Source of the DNA: an uncultured virus (IMG/VR IMGVR_UViG_2897109615_000002)
Lineage: Duplodnaviria; Heunggongvirae; Uroviricota; Caudoviricetes
Length of the DNA: 64,000 bases
Strand: one strand, 5' to 3'
IMG/VR virus record: IMGVR_UViG_2897109615_000002
Coordinates: 62,001 to 126,000 of that record
The position numbers were made by a program, and so were the translations under genes. How positions within the stretch are numbered: the first letter of the stretch is position 1; every line of letters starts with the position of its first letter. Shown in pieces: positions 1-9,073 of this stretch. Under the pieces are notes generated by a model. That model saw only the letters and a list, made by a program, of their open reading frames with translations. It did no database searches and was not told where the DNA came from.

Positions 1-170
1 TTATTCTTAAAGAACAATTCAATCATGTTTTGCTCCATTCCTGGTGAAAAGGAATTAATAAGCTCCTGTTTAAAATCCTCATCGTAAACTTGATCAACGA
101 ATAAGGCTTTAAATCCCGTCAGGAAGCCAACACCAAGCCAGAGTATTAAGAAATACGAAAATCCAATCAT
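1..170 (-). CDS. yopE: Small membrane protein, YopE-like (runs off the window edge)
   Basis: ATG at 170 after GGAGGAGG; MIGFSYFLILWLGVGFLTGFKALFVDQVYDEDF resembles SPbeta YopE as remembered. Confidence 0.7.
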   Translation of the reverse strand, partial: MIGFSYFLILWLGVGFLTGFKALFVDQVYDEDFKQELINSFSPGMEQNMIELFFKN

Positions 171-240
171 AAAACCCTCCTCCTTATATACATCGTCTGG
201 TATTATAGTAGAGTTAAATATCCTATGTAGGTGAATTTGT

Positions 241-423
241 ATGGAAGAGAAAAATTTTGAGACAAATGGGTATGATGTTTCTGTCATTTACGATTATAAG
301 GAGTACCCTGATGTTAAGTATGGTCGCTGTGACAACTGTGATTACACTCTGTTTAAGAGTTCAGTGAAAAGTGGCGTGTTTTTACGCGAGTGTCGTAGAT
401 GTGGGATGAAGAAGAGTATCTAA
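241..423 (+). CDS. Small Zn-ribbon protein (YoyH-like)
   Basis: CDNC...CRRC motifs; AGGTG RBS. Confidence 0.7.
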   Translation: MEEKNFETNGYDVSVIYDYKEYPDVKYGRCDNCDYTLFKSSVKSGVFLRECRRCGMKKSI

Positions 424-433
424 ACACTCTTCT

Positions 434-718
434 TCATTTATTTTTAGGCTTGATTTCAATTTCAAGATCTAAGCCGTCTAGAATTTTGAGTAAAGTGTCC
501 ACATTGTAGTTCTTACCGTTAGTAACTCTAATAATTTGTGGATGTTTTAAATTAACCTTTTCAGCTAATTTCCTGACTGAGAGCTTATTTTTATCTAGTC
601 CATCTTTAATTGCATTAATGATCTTAAGTTTAGGTACAGAGATAGAATAATATTCTTCAGGAACTTCCATAATGTCTTCAATATTCATTTCAATAATATC
701 GTCTTTATTTGATACCAT
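434..718 (-). CDS. XRE-family HTH regulator
   Basis: LSVRKLAEKVNLKHPQIIRVTNG HTH; better start is ATG 718 after GAAAGGA; imperfect palindrome TGGTACCATATGAGTTACCA (747-766) lies in its promoter. Confidence 0.75.
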   Translation of the reverse strand: MVSNKDDIIEMNIEDIMEVPEEYYSISVPKLKIINAIKDGLDKNKLSVRKLAEKVNLKHPQIIRVTNGKNYNVDTLLKILDGLDLEIEIKPKNK

Positions 719-995
719 AAATCCATCAATCCTTTCTAGATAGAATGGTACCATATGAGTTACCACTTTGCAATCTTTTATTTCACTGGAATCATGTAGC
801 TTACATATACTTCAATTCCATCTTCAGTTCTATATTTTGCAATCTTGTCTGGATCAGATTCAATCTTTTCAATAAGTCGCTTTGCGCCTTTATTTCCCTT
901 TTCACTATTGGTTACAGCAATCCAAGACCAATAATATTAAAAAATAGATGCAGCTTTTTAGTATTAAAGCAAGTTCCCTGTCTTAATTTTTTCCA

Positions 996-1478
996 TTAAC
1001 TATGTCGTTGATCAATAAACTCGCTTGCATATCGGTATAGCTCTTTATATTCCGTTTCATCAACTGGAGACTCTATTAATTCAACCCCGTTCTTTACGGC
1101 AGTGTAGGTTCTTCCATCATGGGGATACGTTTCCCAGACAACTGGGATTGTAATATTTTTGAAGTTTGAAAGTTTTTTAGATTTTTTAAATTCTTCTCTT
1201 TCAGTTATCCTAGAAGCTGCGATGTCTATTATCTCGCCATGCAGTAATACCCACATATGAAATTCGAACGGAGGATTCCACTTGTATTGAACTGGTAATG
1301 ATGGAAATATAACTGATCCTGCTTTTAATTTTGCATTTTTATTGTATTTCTCTTTCAATAAATCTTTTGTTAGATAAGATGTATAAACACACGCGTCGCC
1401 TATTCTTATCCCAGATTTATCAAAAGCAAAGAAAATACTTTCCACAATATTTTTTTGAATAAGCTCTTTATTGTTCAT
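996..1478 (-). CDS. Hypothetical protein (C...H...D pattern, possibly transglutaminase-like)
   Basis: ORF with GGAGGGG RBS; GDAC and FHMWVLLHGEIID motifs. Confidence 0.6.
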   Translation of the reverse strand: MNNKELIQKNIVESIFFAFDKSGIRIGDACVYTSYLTKDLLKEKYNKNAKLKAGSVIFPSLPVQYKWNPPFEFHMWVLLHGEIIDIAASRITEREEFKKSKKLSNFKNITIPVVWETYPHDGRTYTAVKNGVELIESPVDETEYKELYRYASEFIDQRHS

Positions 1479-1524
1479 TTTGCCCCTCCGTAGTCGTTAA
1501 AAGAATGATTTTAACTTAATTGTT

Positions 1525-1800
1525 TTAATCGTTTAAGTATTCTTTTTCCGTTTCGGATCTTATTCCACCCCACTCAGATGACCACAATGTAAATGTTTTA
1601 CCGTTTGTTAATTTAACGAAAATCGGGTAGGAATCAACTGGCTCTATTCTTGCCTTTTGTCCAAACATCTCTGAGTAAACTCCTTCAAAATCTTGCTTAC
1701 TTGACCAGGAAGGCTTTTTTATGTATGCATATTCCACCATATCACCTAAAATATCTTTCATTTCTTTAGTTAGAATAATTGTGTCATTGATTAGTTGCAT
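1525..1800 (-). CDS. Hypothetical phage protein
   Basis: ORF with AGGGGTG RBS. Confidence 0.6.
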   Translation of the reverse strand: MQLINDTIILTKEMKDILGDMVEYAYIKKPSWSSKQDFEGVYSEMFGQKARIEPVDSYPIFVKLTNGKTFTLWSSEWGGIRSETEKEYLND

Positions 1801-1827
1801 ATTGCACCCCTATCTAGTTCAAAATTT

Positions 1828-2228
1828 TTATTCAGTAACACCATTTTCATATTCAAGGTTGTATGTTGCTATTTCGTGTACTCCAATATCCCCTACAAAG
1901 TTTCCATCCTCATGCTCCTGTTGTAAATAAACCTCTTTATCTTTTCCGAAGATTTTTCTTGCTTCACCTAATTCAGTTACAGCTTGTGATCCCATTCATC
2001 TTTTACAGTAAAAACTAAGCACCGTTTACCTCGGCTGCGTTCTGCCAAGACTCACCCATTTGGCTTTAGCCTAACAATTTCATTATGTTTTTTATCGATT
2101 GCTTCTTGGAGAACCACTGAAACAGTATTGCTATCGGACTTACTTAAAGCCAGTTCTAATTCTTCAATTTCCTTAAGCAATATTTGAATTTCAATTTCCT
2201 TAAGTAACTCTTGTCTATTCTCTCTCAT
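1828..2228 (-). pseudogene. Degraded hypothetical gene
   Basis: MRENRQELLKEIE...KPNG* followed by an out-of-frame tail ...EHEDGNFVGDIGVHEIATYNLEYENGVTE*; internal 15-bp direct repeat. Confidence 0.5.
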
Positions 2229-2270
2229 TTTTCATCTCTCCCTTTTTTTGTTAAATGAATTATTTTTTAT

Positions 2271-2507
2271 TTAAATACCTTGGTTATAGCCTGATTTGTC
2301 AATAGTAACGAGATGCTCAATGTCATCATAATGCTCTGCATTCATAACCTCATATATATCAATCCCAAGATTCTTTTCCAAATTTCTTTTGGCATGTAAA
2401 ACAATCATATTATCTGCATTAATACCATTAGGCATTTGTGGTACACCCGCATCTGTTTTGACCTCTACCCCATTCACATTGAAAGTTACTTTTACTGTAT
2501 TCCGCAT
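2271..2507 (-). CDS. Hypothetical phage protein
   Basis: Likely start MRNTVKV after AGGAGAGG. Confidence 0.6.
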   Translation of the reverse strand: MRNTVKVTFNVNGVEVKTDAGVPQMPNGINADNMIVLHAKRNLEKNLGIDIYEVMNAEHYDDIEHLVTIDKSGYNQGI

Positions 2508-2567
2508 TATAACCTCTCCTCTTACCTGAAAAAGTGATTTTATGTTGTTTCTCGAAGTGCAGTGCAA

Positions 2568-2882
2568 TTACTCCACTTTCAGCAGGATTGCTTTTTGATT
2601 TCTAAACTTTGTCAATTCAATATTTTTTTGAAGACCCTGATCCAATAAGAACTGATACATTTTTTCTGTTTGATTATCCTTTTCTTCGTTAGGCATTCCC
2701 CGGAAAGCCATATTGCCAGCTGTATAATAGAGGCAGTAATCGTCGTCAAACGTCTTGGCAAAAGTAAAACCCGCAGAAATATTGCTTAGTCCTTTTACTC
2801 TGCTTTTAAAGCACTCAGATTTTTTAAAGCTACCTTTTAATAAAATTCGCTGAACTTTTGTTTTTAAAGAAGTCGGCAACAT
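2568..2882 (-). CDS. Hypothetical phage protein
   Basis: ORF with AGGAG RBS. Confidence 0.6.
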   Translation of the reverse strand: MLPTSLKTKVQRILLKGSFKKSECFKSRVKGLSNISAGFTFAKTFDDDYCLYYTAGNMAFRGMPNEEKDNQTEKMYQFLLDQGLQKNIELTKFRNQKAILLKVE

Positions 2883-2999
2883 CTTTTTTCTCCTATTCCC
2901 TGTGAAAGTACGATTTTATGTAGACCTAGAAAATTTGTAAGTATTTACTGTTCTTGTAACTTTAGTATACCATGATCACTTAAAGTGATCAATATCTTT

Positions 3000-3203
3000 T
3001 TAATCTTTTTCGTAGATCAGCAGCTCATGCAACTCAATATCTAAATATGTACAGACTTTATCCAACAGATCCCTTGGGTACCGCTCCATTTCGTCATGAT
3101 ACAGCTTCCTGACTGTGTTAAAACCATGATTAATATCATTGGACAGCTTTCGAATACTGATATTCCTTTCGTCTAATATTGGCTTTAAATTTGATTTAAT
3201 CAA
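3000..3203 (-). CDS. Cro/C1-type HTH regulator (YopB-like)
   Basis: [27 protein letters not shown] start at 3203 after GAGG. Confidence 0.8.
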   Translation of the reverse strand: MIKSNLKPILDERNISIRKLSNDINHGFNTVRKLYHDEMERYPRDLLDKVCTYLDIELHELLIYEKD

Positions 3204-3296
3204 TATTACTACCTCGCATTCATTATGTATGATCACTTTAAATTATCATTATATCCATAAAAAAGGTCAAGGATATACCTTGACTATGTATTAAGC

Positions 3297-3734
3297 TTAC
3301 CAATCAAATGAATATTCATGTTCAAATCCATAAATACCTTTAATCCACACGTCCCCGCAGCCTGGATTCTTTGTAATCTCTAACACATGATTACGATTTG
3401 CATCTCCCTCTACTCGATCTGCAGCAGTATAGTCGGCATAGTTCCCTACAAACTGCTTTTCACTACGTGGAAATACCCAGCCAGCAAGAGTTATCCTACT
3501 GATTTTCATATTTAGAGTACACCCTTCTGCATTGCTAATTGTGAATTTGTAGAAGAGCCAAGTGCGATCATAATTCCGATCAAAATAATCTGCCATTGAA
3601 AAACTCTCTGAATCTTTACTCATGTGAAAATTTACATTTTGGTAGTCTAATGTAAGCTTCGCCTCGGCATTCGGTGTGTTGAAACTCAATACAAAACCAA
3701 TACAAATCAAAGTTAGACCGATTAACTTTTTCAT
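3297..3734 (-). CDS. Secreted protein with Sec signal peptide
   Basis: MKKLIGLTLICIGFVLSFNTPNAEA signal peptide; strong RBS. Confidence 0.7.
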   Translation of the reverse strand: MKKLIGLTLICIGFVLSFNTPNAEAKLTLDYQNVNFHMSKDSESFSMADYFDRNYDRTWLFYKFTISNAEGCTLNMKISRITLAGWVFPRSEKQFVGNYADYTAADRVEGDANRNHVLEITKNPGCGDVWIKGIYGFEHEYSFDW

Positions 3735-4038
3735 TTCCCCTCCCCCTTCTTCCAAATTATACTATATTCGGGATGGAGGTGAAAGAACAGGCGGAAGCTG
3801 TTTGATTTATCTGTATTCTTCATGATATAGATAGATATACATACATCAATGAATATCTTCATGTATTTATAAGTATTTTTATCTCTCAATACACGCAAAT
3901 ATGCTTTAAAATGAACAAAAATATTTATTTTAGTTCATTTTAAAGAACAAATCTTCCAATTTTATGATATAATCATCACTGCTTATAGGTAGCCCTTGCT
4001 GCTTATTCGCTATATGGTATAGGAAAGAGGTTCTTTTA

Positions 4039-5133
4039 ATGAACGTAAAACACACTAATTGTTTCTTTGTTATCAGGCTGTTTGCCGCTCTTTGTGTGCT
4101 TACTGGCCATGCTACAAGAGATCTAAACATTTCTGTCTTTGGTTATACCCCAGAGAGTAAAGCAATATTTCACACCGGCATATCAATATTCTTTTTTCTA
4201 AGCGCATTTTTTCTTTTCACTTCTTATGAGAGATTCAAGCTTAAAGGAAATAATGTAACCGATTTTTATTGGAGCCGAATCATCAGAATCGCACCCGCTA
4301 TATACGCCTATGCTATTGTCTCCACTGTCCTGTTAATTGTTCTAGGAGCACTTTCATTTTCAGTATTTGCTACTAGAGAGTACTGGACATGGCTTCTTAG
4401 CAATCTTGTGCTATATCCTCAATACTTCCCTGACATATTCCATCACATTGGTACAGGTCGCATTAACGATTCACTTTGGACAATTCCTGTTCAGATTAGC
4501 TTTTACCTTGTGTTACCCGCAATTTATTGGTTTTATAAACGTTTCGGATTCAAAAAAATGATTCTTTGCTCTTTTGCTGTTTCTGCTTTCAGTGTGTTGG
4601 TTTCTTTCTTAATTTTAAAGTTCGCGCCAGGCAGTGTAATCGGTGGGTTTTACCTACATTCTTTCCTGCCGCAAATGTTTTATTTCACGTTGGGTATCTT
4701 CTGGGCTAAGACATGGAACAAGTCGCCGCAACATATAACTTTATTTTTATTTACTATTATTTTATTTTTATTCTTTAAAATCGACCCTCTACACCTCAGC
4801 TCAATAAACAGCACATTATGGAGCTTTTTATGGTTTGTGCCTTTGAGCTATGCAATTGTCTGGTTCGGGTACAATGGGCCGAAGATTTTGTGGCAGCTAA
4901 ATCGGTTAGACGATATCAGTATGGGAATTTTCATATGGCACATGGTGATTATCAATATTTTCTTGTACACAGGAATTTATAAAACATTGTCGGATTACCC
5001 GCTGATCATAATTCTAATCGTTGTTACTGCTACAATCGCTTTTCTTTCGTATAGATTAATTGAAAAACCTGCTCTAAAATTACGCAAAAACAGTGATATC
5101 AAATTGAACAATAAAACAAAAATAGCAAGTTAG
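4039..5133 (+). CDS. Acyltransferase-3 family (OafA-like) membrane O-acyltransferase
   Basis: RLFAALCVLTGH, FFFLSAF, RIIRIAPA, SLWTI and SYRLIEKP motifs; about 10 TM segments; oriented opposite to neighbours. Confidence 0.9.
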   Translation: MNVKHTNCFFVIRLFAALCVLTGHATRDLNISVFGYTPESKAIFHTGISIFFFLSAFFLFTSYERFKLKGNNVTDFYWSRIIRIAPAIYAYAIVSTVLLIVLGALSFSVFATREYWTWLLSNLVLYPQYFPDIFHHIGTGRINDSLWTIPVQISFYLVLPAIYWFYKRFGFKKMILCSFAVSAFSVLVSFLILKFAPGSVIGGFYLHSFLPQMFYFTLGIFWAKTWNKSPQHITLFLFTIILFLFFKIDPLHLSSINSTLWSFLWFVPLSYAIVWFGYNGPKILWQLNRLDDISMGIFIWHMVIINIFLYTGIYKTLSDYPLIIILIVVTATIAFLSYRLIEKPALKLRKNSDIKLNNKTKIAS

Positions 5134-5134
5134 T

Positions 5135-5161
5135 AAGGCTGTTTCGTTTAGACAGCCTTTT
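5135..5161 (+). terminator. Intrinsic terminator between convergent genes
   Basis: AAGGCTGT...ACAGCCTT followed by T-run. Confidence 0.7.
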
Positions 5162-5176
5162 CTCATACAGAGTATT

Positions 5177-5581
5177 TTAAAAATTCAGCTCTCTATACCT
5201 TCTCAATATGTAATCGTTAATTTCATATTGCCAATCCACCTTAATTGAATATCCTTTTATTCTAACAGGCTTATTCCACAATAAAGATTCTCCATATCGA
5301 TCCTCTATTTTTCCACCTTCCTCTAAACCATAATGGTTAAAGAAATTCAGAGTGCAACAATCATAATTGTCTTCGGTATAACCGGAATCTTTTTTCACCC
5401 AAGTTTCTGCTAATTCATAAAGCCAGGCTGGTGCACTTAGATCGATACCAAACAATTTTTTAGCGCAGGTGGATCCATAGGGTTTCCCATCAAATTCAAA
5501 CACTTTTTTATGTTTCTTGCCGCATGCAGTGCAGTTTTCGTTCCCTACATAAACTTTAAACATTGTACCTGCCAACTCCAA
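5177..5581 (-). CDS. Hypothetical protein with CxxC...GSTC motif
   Basis: ORF; CTAC and YGSTCA; start uncertain. Confidence 0.55.
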   Translation of the reverse strand: MELAGTMFKVYVGNENCTACGKKHKKVFEFDGKPYGSTCAKKLFGIDLSAPAWLYELAETWVKKDSGYTEDNYDCCTLNFFNHYGLEEGGKIEDRYGESLLWNKPVRIKGYSIKVDWQYEINDYILRRYRELNF

Positions 5582-5659
5582 TCTTCTGATCCTGATTCTA
5601 AGTGTAGCTAAAACTTTTATTGCTGCCTATTAACAATTATGATGAAATGGTGTTTTTAT

Positions 5660-5980
5660 TCAAAGTTGTTTAAGATGCTTGAATTGAGGTGTATTTAACT
5701 CCTCCTCATATTCACTTTCAAGATATTTTCTTATGTCATCAGCAGATGCGTATAGATATGTGAAAGCCATATCTAACACAGCTTTTCTTTTCCTTATATC
5801 CTTATTCGACAATCCTGTTCCTTCGCCTTCATCAACCGAACCGAGCAAATCATATAAAGTTTGGGTGAAATCTTTTAAAGTGTAAGTCATATGATCAAAG
5901 TCTCTGTTTTGCGCTTCTTCAATATCTGATTCATCTAGCCTTTTCATTAGATGTATAAATTCATTTTCCATCCTGTGCAA
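5660..5980 (-). CDS. Hypothetical phage protein
   Basis: ORF with RBS. Confidence 0.6.
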   Translation of the reverse strand: MHRMENEFIHLMKRLDESDIEEAQNRDFDHMTYTLKDFTQTLYDLLGSVDEGEGTGLSNKDIRKRKAVLDMAFTYLYASADDIRKYLESEYEEELNTPQFKHLKQL

Positions 5981-6194
5981 CTCCTATTCTGTTTAAAACA
6001 TGTTTTATTTAATCTTAGCTTCTATTTGTACAAACTCTCCCAGTGGCTCAACACATGCTACTTCGTACATGCAGTCGTCATATGTATTGAGTAGAACCTG
6101 TGTTTCCTCTGTTATTTACCCTTTTTTATCATCTCTTGTAATGAATCAATCAATTGTTTAACCTTCATGGCTATTGTATTTCCCCTCTCTTTAG

Positions 6195-6398
6195 CTACTC
6201 AGTTGGCCTAATTAATCGTTCAATCCCTTTTACATAATCAAAAAAGTCGTCTTGATCGTCAAGAATGTCGAACATGTTATGTTCGCCTGTAAAAAGCCAT
6301 TGTGGATTCTCACCATTTGTTTGAATCTCCATAATAAAGGTGGTATCGCCTTCTACAATATCTTCATCTTCTTCGATCTCATAATGATACTCAATCAA
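6195..6398 (-). CDS. Small acidic hypothetical protein (possibly a fragment)
   Basis: ORF without a clear RBS. Confidence 0.4.
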   Translation of the reverse strand: MIEYHYEIEEDEDIVEGDTTFIMEIQTNGENPQWLFTGEHNMFDILDDQDDFFDYVKGIERLIRPTE

Positions 6399-6504
6399 TT
6401 TTTTAAAGCTTGACTATCTTTTATTTCTTTTGAATAAAATGTTAACCCCTGATTTTCATATTCCTTTAGTTTAAAGCCGTTGTCCAGTAAGAATTGAACT
6501 CTTA

Positions 6505-6750
6505 TCAATATATATATTTATAGCTTTCAATACTGCTAGAGTCCATTGATTCGTGTATATCTTCAATAGAATCTAGGAGCACTTTTAGAGCCTTCTTCGG
6601 AAACAAATCCAACAGGTCAGAAAACAACAAATCATTTAAATGATTATCAAACTCCTCAAACTCGAGTATTCCTCCATCTTCATAACTAGCTTTAAGCATA
6701 TATCGAATCTTCTCTCTCATTTGATCATTTGTCATGTTTAATTCCCCCAA
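6505..6750 (-). CDS. Hypothetical acidic protein
   Basis: ORF; likely start MTNDQ. Confidence 0.55.
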   Translation of the reverse strand: MGELNMTNDQMREKIRYMLKASYEDGGILEFEEFDNHLNDLLFSDLLDLFPKKALKVLLDSIEDIHESMDSSSIESYKYIY

Positions 6751-6792
6751 TTTCCCATAATTATACTCTGATTACATTCATTTGAAATTGTT

Positions 6793-7066
6793 TTATTCCG
6801 ATTTCAAGGCATTCACAAGCTTTTCTTTACAATCATCACATACATTTACAATACATGTTGCATACGGTACATATAAGCTGTATACACGCTTTATTCTTCT
6901 GCGTCCGCACCCATCCCTATCTGTTATGACGTTTAAAGATGCTGTCGATACTATGTAAGACCGAACAATCTAAGTCTTCTATGCTCTCAGCATAACCAAT
7001 TCTTGAAATTGTTCCAATCTCAATATTATTAAATTTATTCCACGCCTCTTTCATCGCATTTTTCAA
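6793..7066 (-). pseudogene. Frameshifted paralogue of the Zn-finger gene at 8021-8206
   Basis: 3' frame DGCGRRRIKRVYSLYVPYATCIVNVCDDCKEKLVNALKSE* versus DGCGHRRIKGGYSLYLPYGTNIVKVCDDCKEKFMDALKSE*. Confidence 0.7.
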
Positions 7067-7114
7067 TTAATCTCTCCACTTTCATCTTTAAGCGAGAAAT
7101 CTCGTTATCTCCTG

Positions 7115-7516
7115 TCACTGCGCACCTCCGTTATTTGACATGTATCTCATACTGATTAATGCATCGAAAGTTGTATTGATAACTGCCGTCACACTGTTTG
7201 TATTATATGACCTATACGGCATGTTCCCATGTTCATTTATCGAAAATTCGTACATTTTAATGTCCTTATCGAATGCTAGTTTGAAATTTTTGAATCTGTC
7301 GTCGATCTCTAACGCTTCGAGTATATCTCCAACTAGATTCTTATCACTCTGTATATGGTCTATACGGCATCTATAATTTCCGTCAAAATCAAATAGACTT
7401 ACAGTCGATCTATTTCCTTTTCCTGTGTACGGATGCAATTTCAATAAATCAGTTATGATCACTTTAACTTTTCCGTCTTTTTTATCCCATAAATCAATTA
7501 TTCCTTCTTTCATCAC
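7115..7516 (-). CDS. Hypothetical phage protein
   Basis: ORF with AGGAG RBS. Confidence 0.6.
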   Translation of the reverse strand: MMKEGIIDLWDKKDGKVKVIITDLLKLHPYTGKGNRSTVSLFDFDGNYRCRIDHIQSDKNLVGDILEALEIDDRFKNFKLAFDKDIKMYEFSINEHGNMPYRSYNTNSVTAVINTTFDALISMRYMSNNGGAQ

Positions 7517-7562
7517 GTTACTCTCCTATATGTTTAAAACTGTTGTTTTATTAAATTTTTCA

Positions 7563-7988
7563 CTATTTCCAGTCTATCGGCTTTAAATTCGTTTTATCTG
7601 TTAAGTAATCAAGAATATCTTTTCTGCCTCCATATCTACAATAAACGTATTTAAAATTTAAATGCATTGCGGCAAACATTCTGTGATTCCCATCGATTAT
7701 AATAGGCTTGGGAAGTATGTAGTCATTAAAAATTTCATTATCTAATTGTATGCCTTGGATTTCGTTTGGATTTTCCACAAAATAAAGAATCCTCCTAAGA
7801 TGCTCAGTCTTTCCCCATTCTAAATTAACTGTATTATCTAAATGACCATATGACTCTCTTAAAGGCAAAAGTTTCTTCGCTTCATTTGCAAATGATGATA
7901 AAGAAATAGGGTCTTCCGTCCAGATTGTGCAATTTTCATATTTCAAACTCATCAAATCATACAGCTTTCTAACGTTGATCTTATACAT
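7563..7988 (-). CDS. ParB/Srx-like domain protein
   Basis: PIIIDGNHRMFAA motif. Confidence 0.6.
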   Translation of the reverse strand: MYKINVRKLYDLMSLKYENCTIWTEDPISLSSFANEAKKLLPLRESYGHLDNTVNLEWGKTEHLRRILYFVENPNEIQGIQLDNEIFNDYILPKPIIIDGNHRMFAAMHLNFKYVYCRYGGRKDILDYLTDKTNLKPIDWK

Positions 7989-8020
7989 GCCTATAGCTCC
8001 CTGTTCTGTGCCAAATTGTT

Positions 8021-8206
8021 TTATTCAGATTTCAAGGCGTCCATAAACTTTTCTTTGCAATCATCACATACCTTTACAATGTTTGTTCCATACGGCAAAT
8101 ACAAGCTATAACCCCCCTTTATTCTTCTGTGTCCACATCCGTCACAATAATCTGTTATTTCTGATTTATATAGGTTGATTTTATCTCTATCCAAACTGCA
8201 CCACAC
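8021..8206 (-). CDS. Small Zn-finger protein
   Basis: CDGC...CDDC; AAGGAGG RBS. Confidence 0.65.
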   Translation of the reverse strand: MWCSLDRDKINLYKSEITDYCDGCGHRRIKGGYSLYLPYGTNIVKVCDDCKEKFMDALKSE

Positions 8207-8243
8207 CCTCCTTAATCATCCGTATGTGTGTAAAATTGTTGTT

Positions 8244-8609
8244 TTATTCAGAAATAATTGCATGTATTCTTCTTAATTGATCTAAAGTTAATTCAACCGA
8301 CGACCACCTATTAAAGACTGATCGTATTTCAAATATTAACCTTTCTTTCTCTTCCTCATCAATAATCTCTTGTTTTGATAAATAAAGTTCCCAGTCAGCA
8401 CTATATTCTGTCACTTGAGTCATATCTTCCAAAGAAAATTTGAGCATCCGTCTCGTTTCAGTCTCTCCCATATTTCCAACATAGAAGTATTTCTTTCCTT
8501 TTTTAAGTACGGTCTTCTCTAGCACTTCTTTTCTTCCATAACGTGCGGCGTCATTAACTGGTTTTAGAAAAACCGGTGTACCAACGTTTATCATCTGTTC
8601 TTTTTTCAA
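8244..8609 (-). CDS. Hypothetical phage protein
   Basis: ORF with GGGGAG RBS. Confidence 0.65.
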   Translation of the reverse strand: MKKEQMINVGTPVFLKPVNDAARYGRKEVLEKTVLKKGKKYFYVGNMGETETRRMLKFSLEDMTQVTEYSADWELYLSKQEIIDEEEKERLIFEIRSVFNRWSSVELTLDQLRRIHAIISE

Positions 8610-8641
8610 GTTCTATCTCCCCATTCTGTTTAAGTATTGTT

Positions 8642-8896
8642 TTATTCATCCTTAGAAAATTGTCTATTGAAAAGTTCAATCGCTCTATCATAGGTTGCTA
8701 ATTGTGCGAGATGTTTGTCAATATTACTGCCATTTCCTTGCAATCCATCCGATATATATAATTGCTGATTGTTTTTTAACTTTGATTCTAAATTATCTAA
8801 CATGTTACGAATACTTGAAATTTGATTCTCTAATCGCATTTTAGCCTGTTCTCTTTCTGCTTCAAGCATAACTGAGTTTCTATTTTCTTTCGTCAT
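8642..8896 (-). CDS. Hypothetical coiled-coil protein
   Basis: ORF with GAGG RBS. Confidence 0.6.
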   Translation of the reverse strand: MTKENRNSVMLEAEREQAKMRLENQISSIRNMLDNLESKLKNNQQLYISDGLQGNGSNIDKHLAQLATYDRAIELFNRQFSKDE

Positions 8897-9008
8897 ATCA
8901 TATCATCCTCTCTCATTTCAATCTCTCAGTTCTGTTTAAAATATGCATTTTATTTTATTTTTACCCTTAAAATATGTATGCTTTCGCTGTTGTTTTAACT
9001 TGATTTAA

Positions 9009-9057
9009 GTATATCATGACTATTTTAAATAATCAATACTTATTTTATTTTTATTCT
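9009..9057 (-). promoter_or_regulatory. SigA-type promoter with A-rich UP element and palindromic spacer
   Basis: TTGATT-17-(TG)TATACT on minus strand; near-identical layouts at 12668-12716 and 2965-2992. Confidence 0.7.
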
Positions 9058-9073
9058 TAAAGTGTGTGTTTTG

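Noticed and set aside
745..999. Plus-strand 84-aa ORF, or a toxin partner for the HTH gene
   Set aside because: No RBS; the minus strand holds only a stop-riddled gene remnant with no RelE/HigB motif
1497..8955. Repeated intergenic motif as a CRISPR array
   Set aside because: Repeats are degenerate, separated by whole genes, and there are no cas genes
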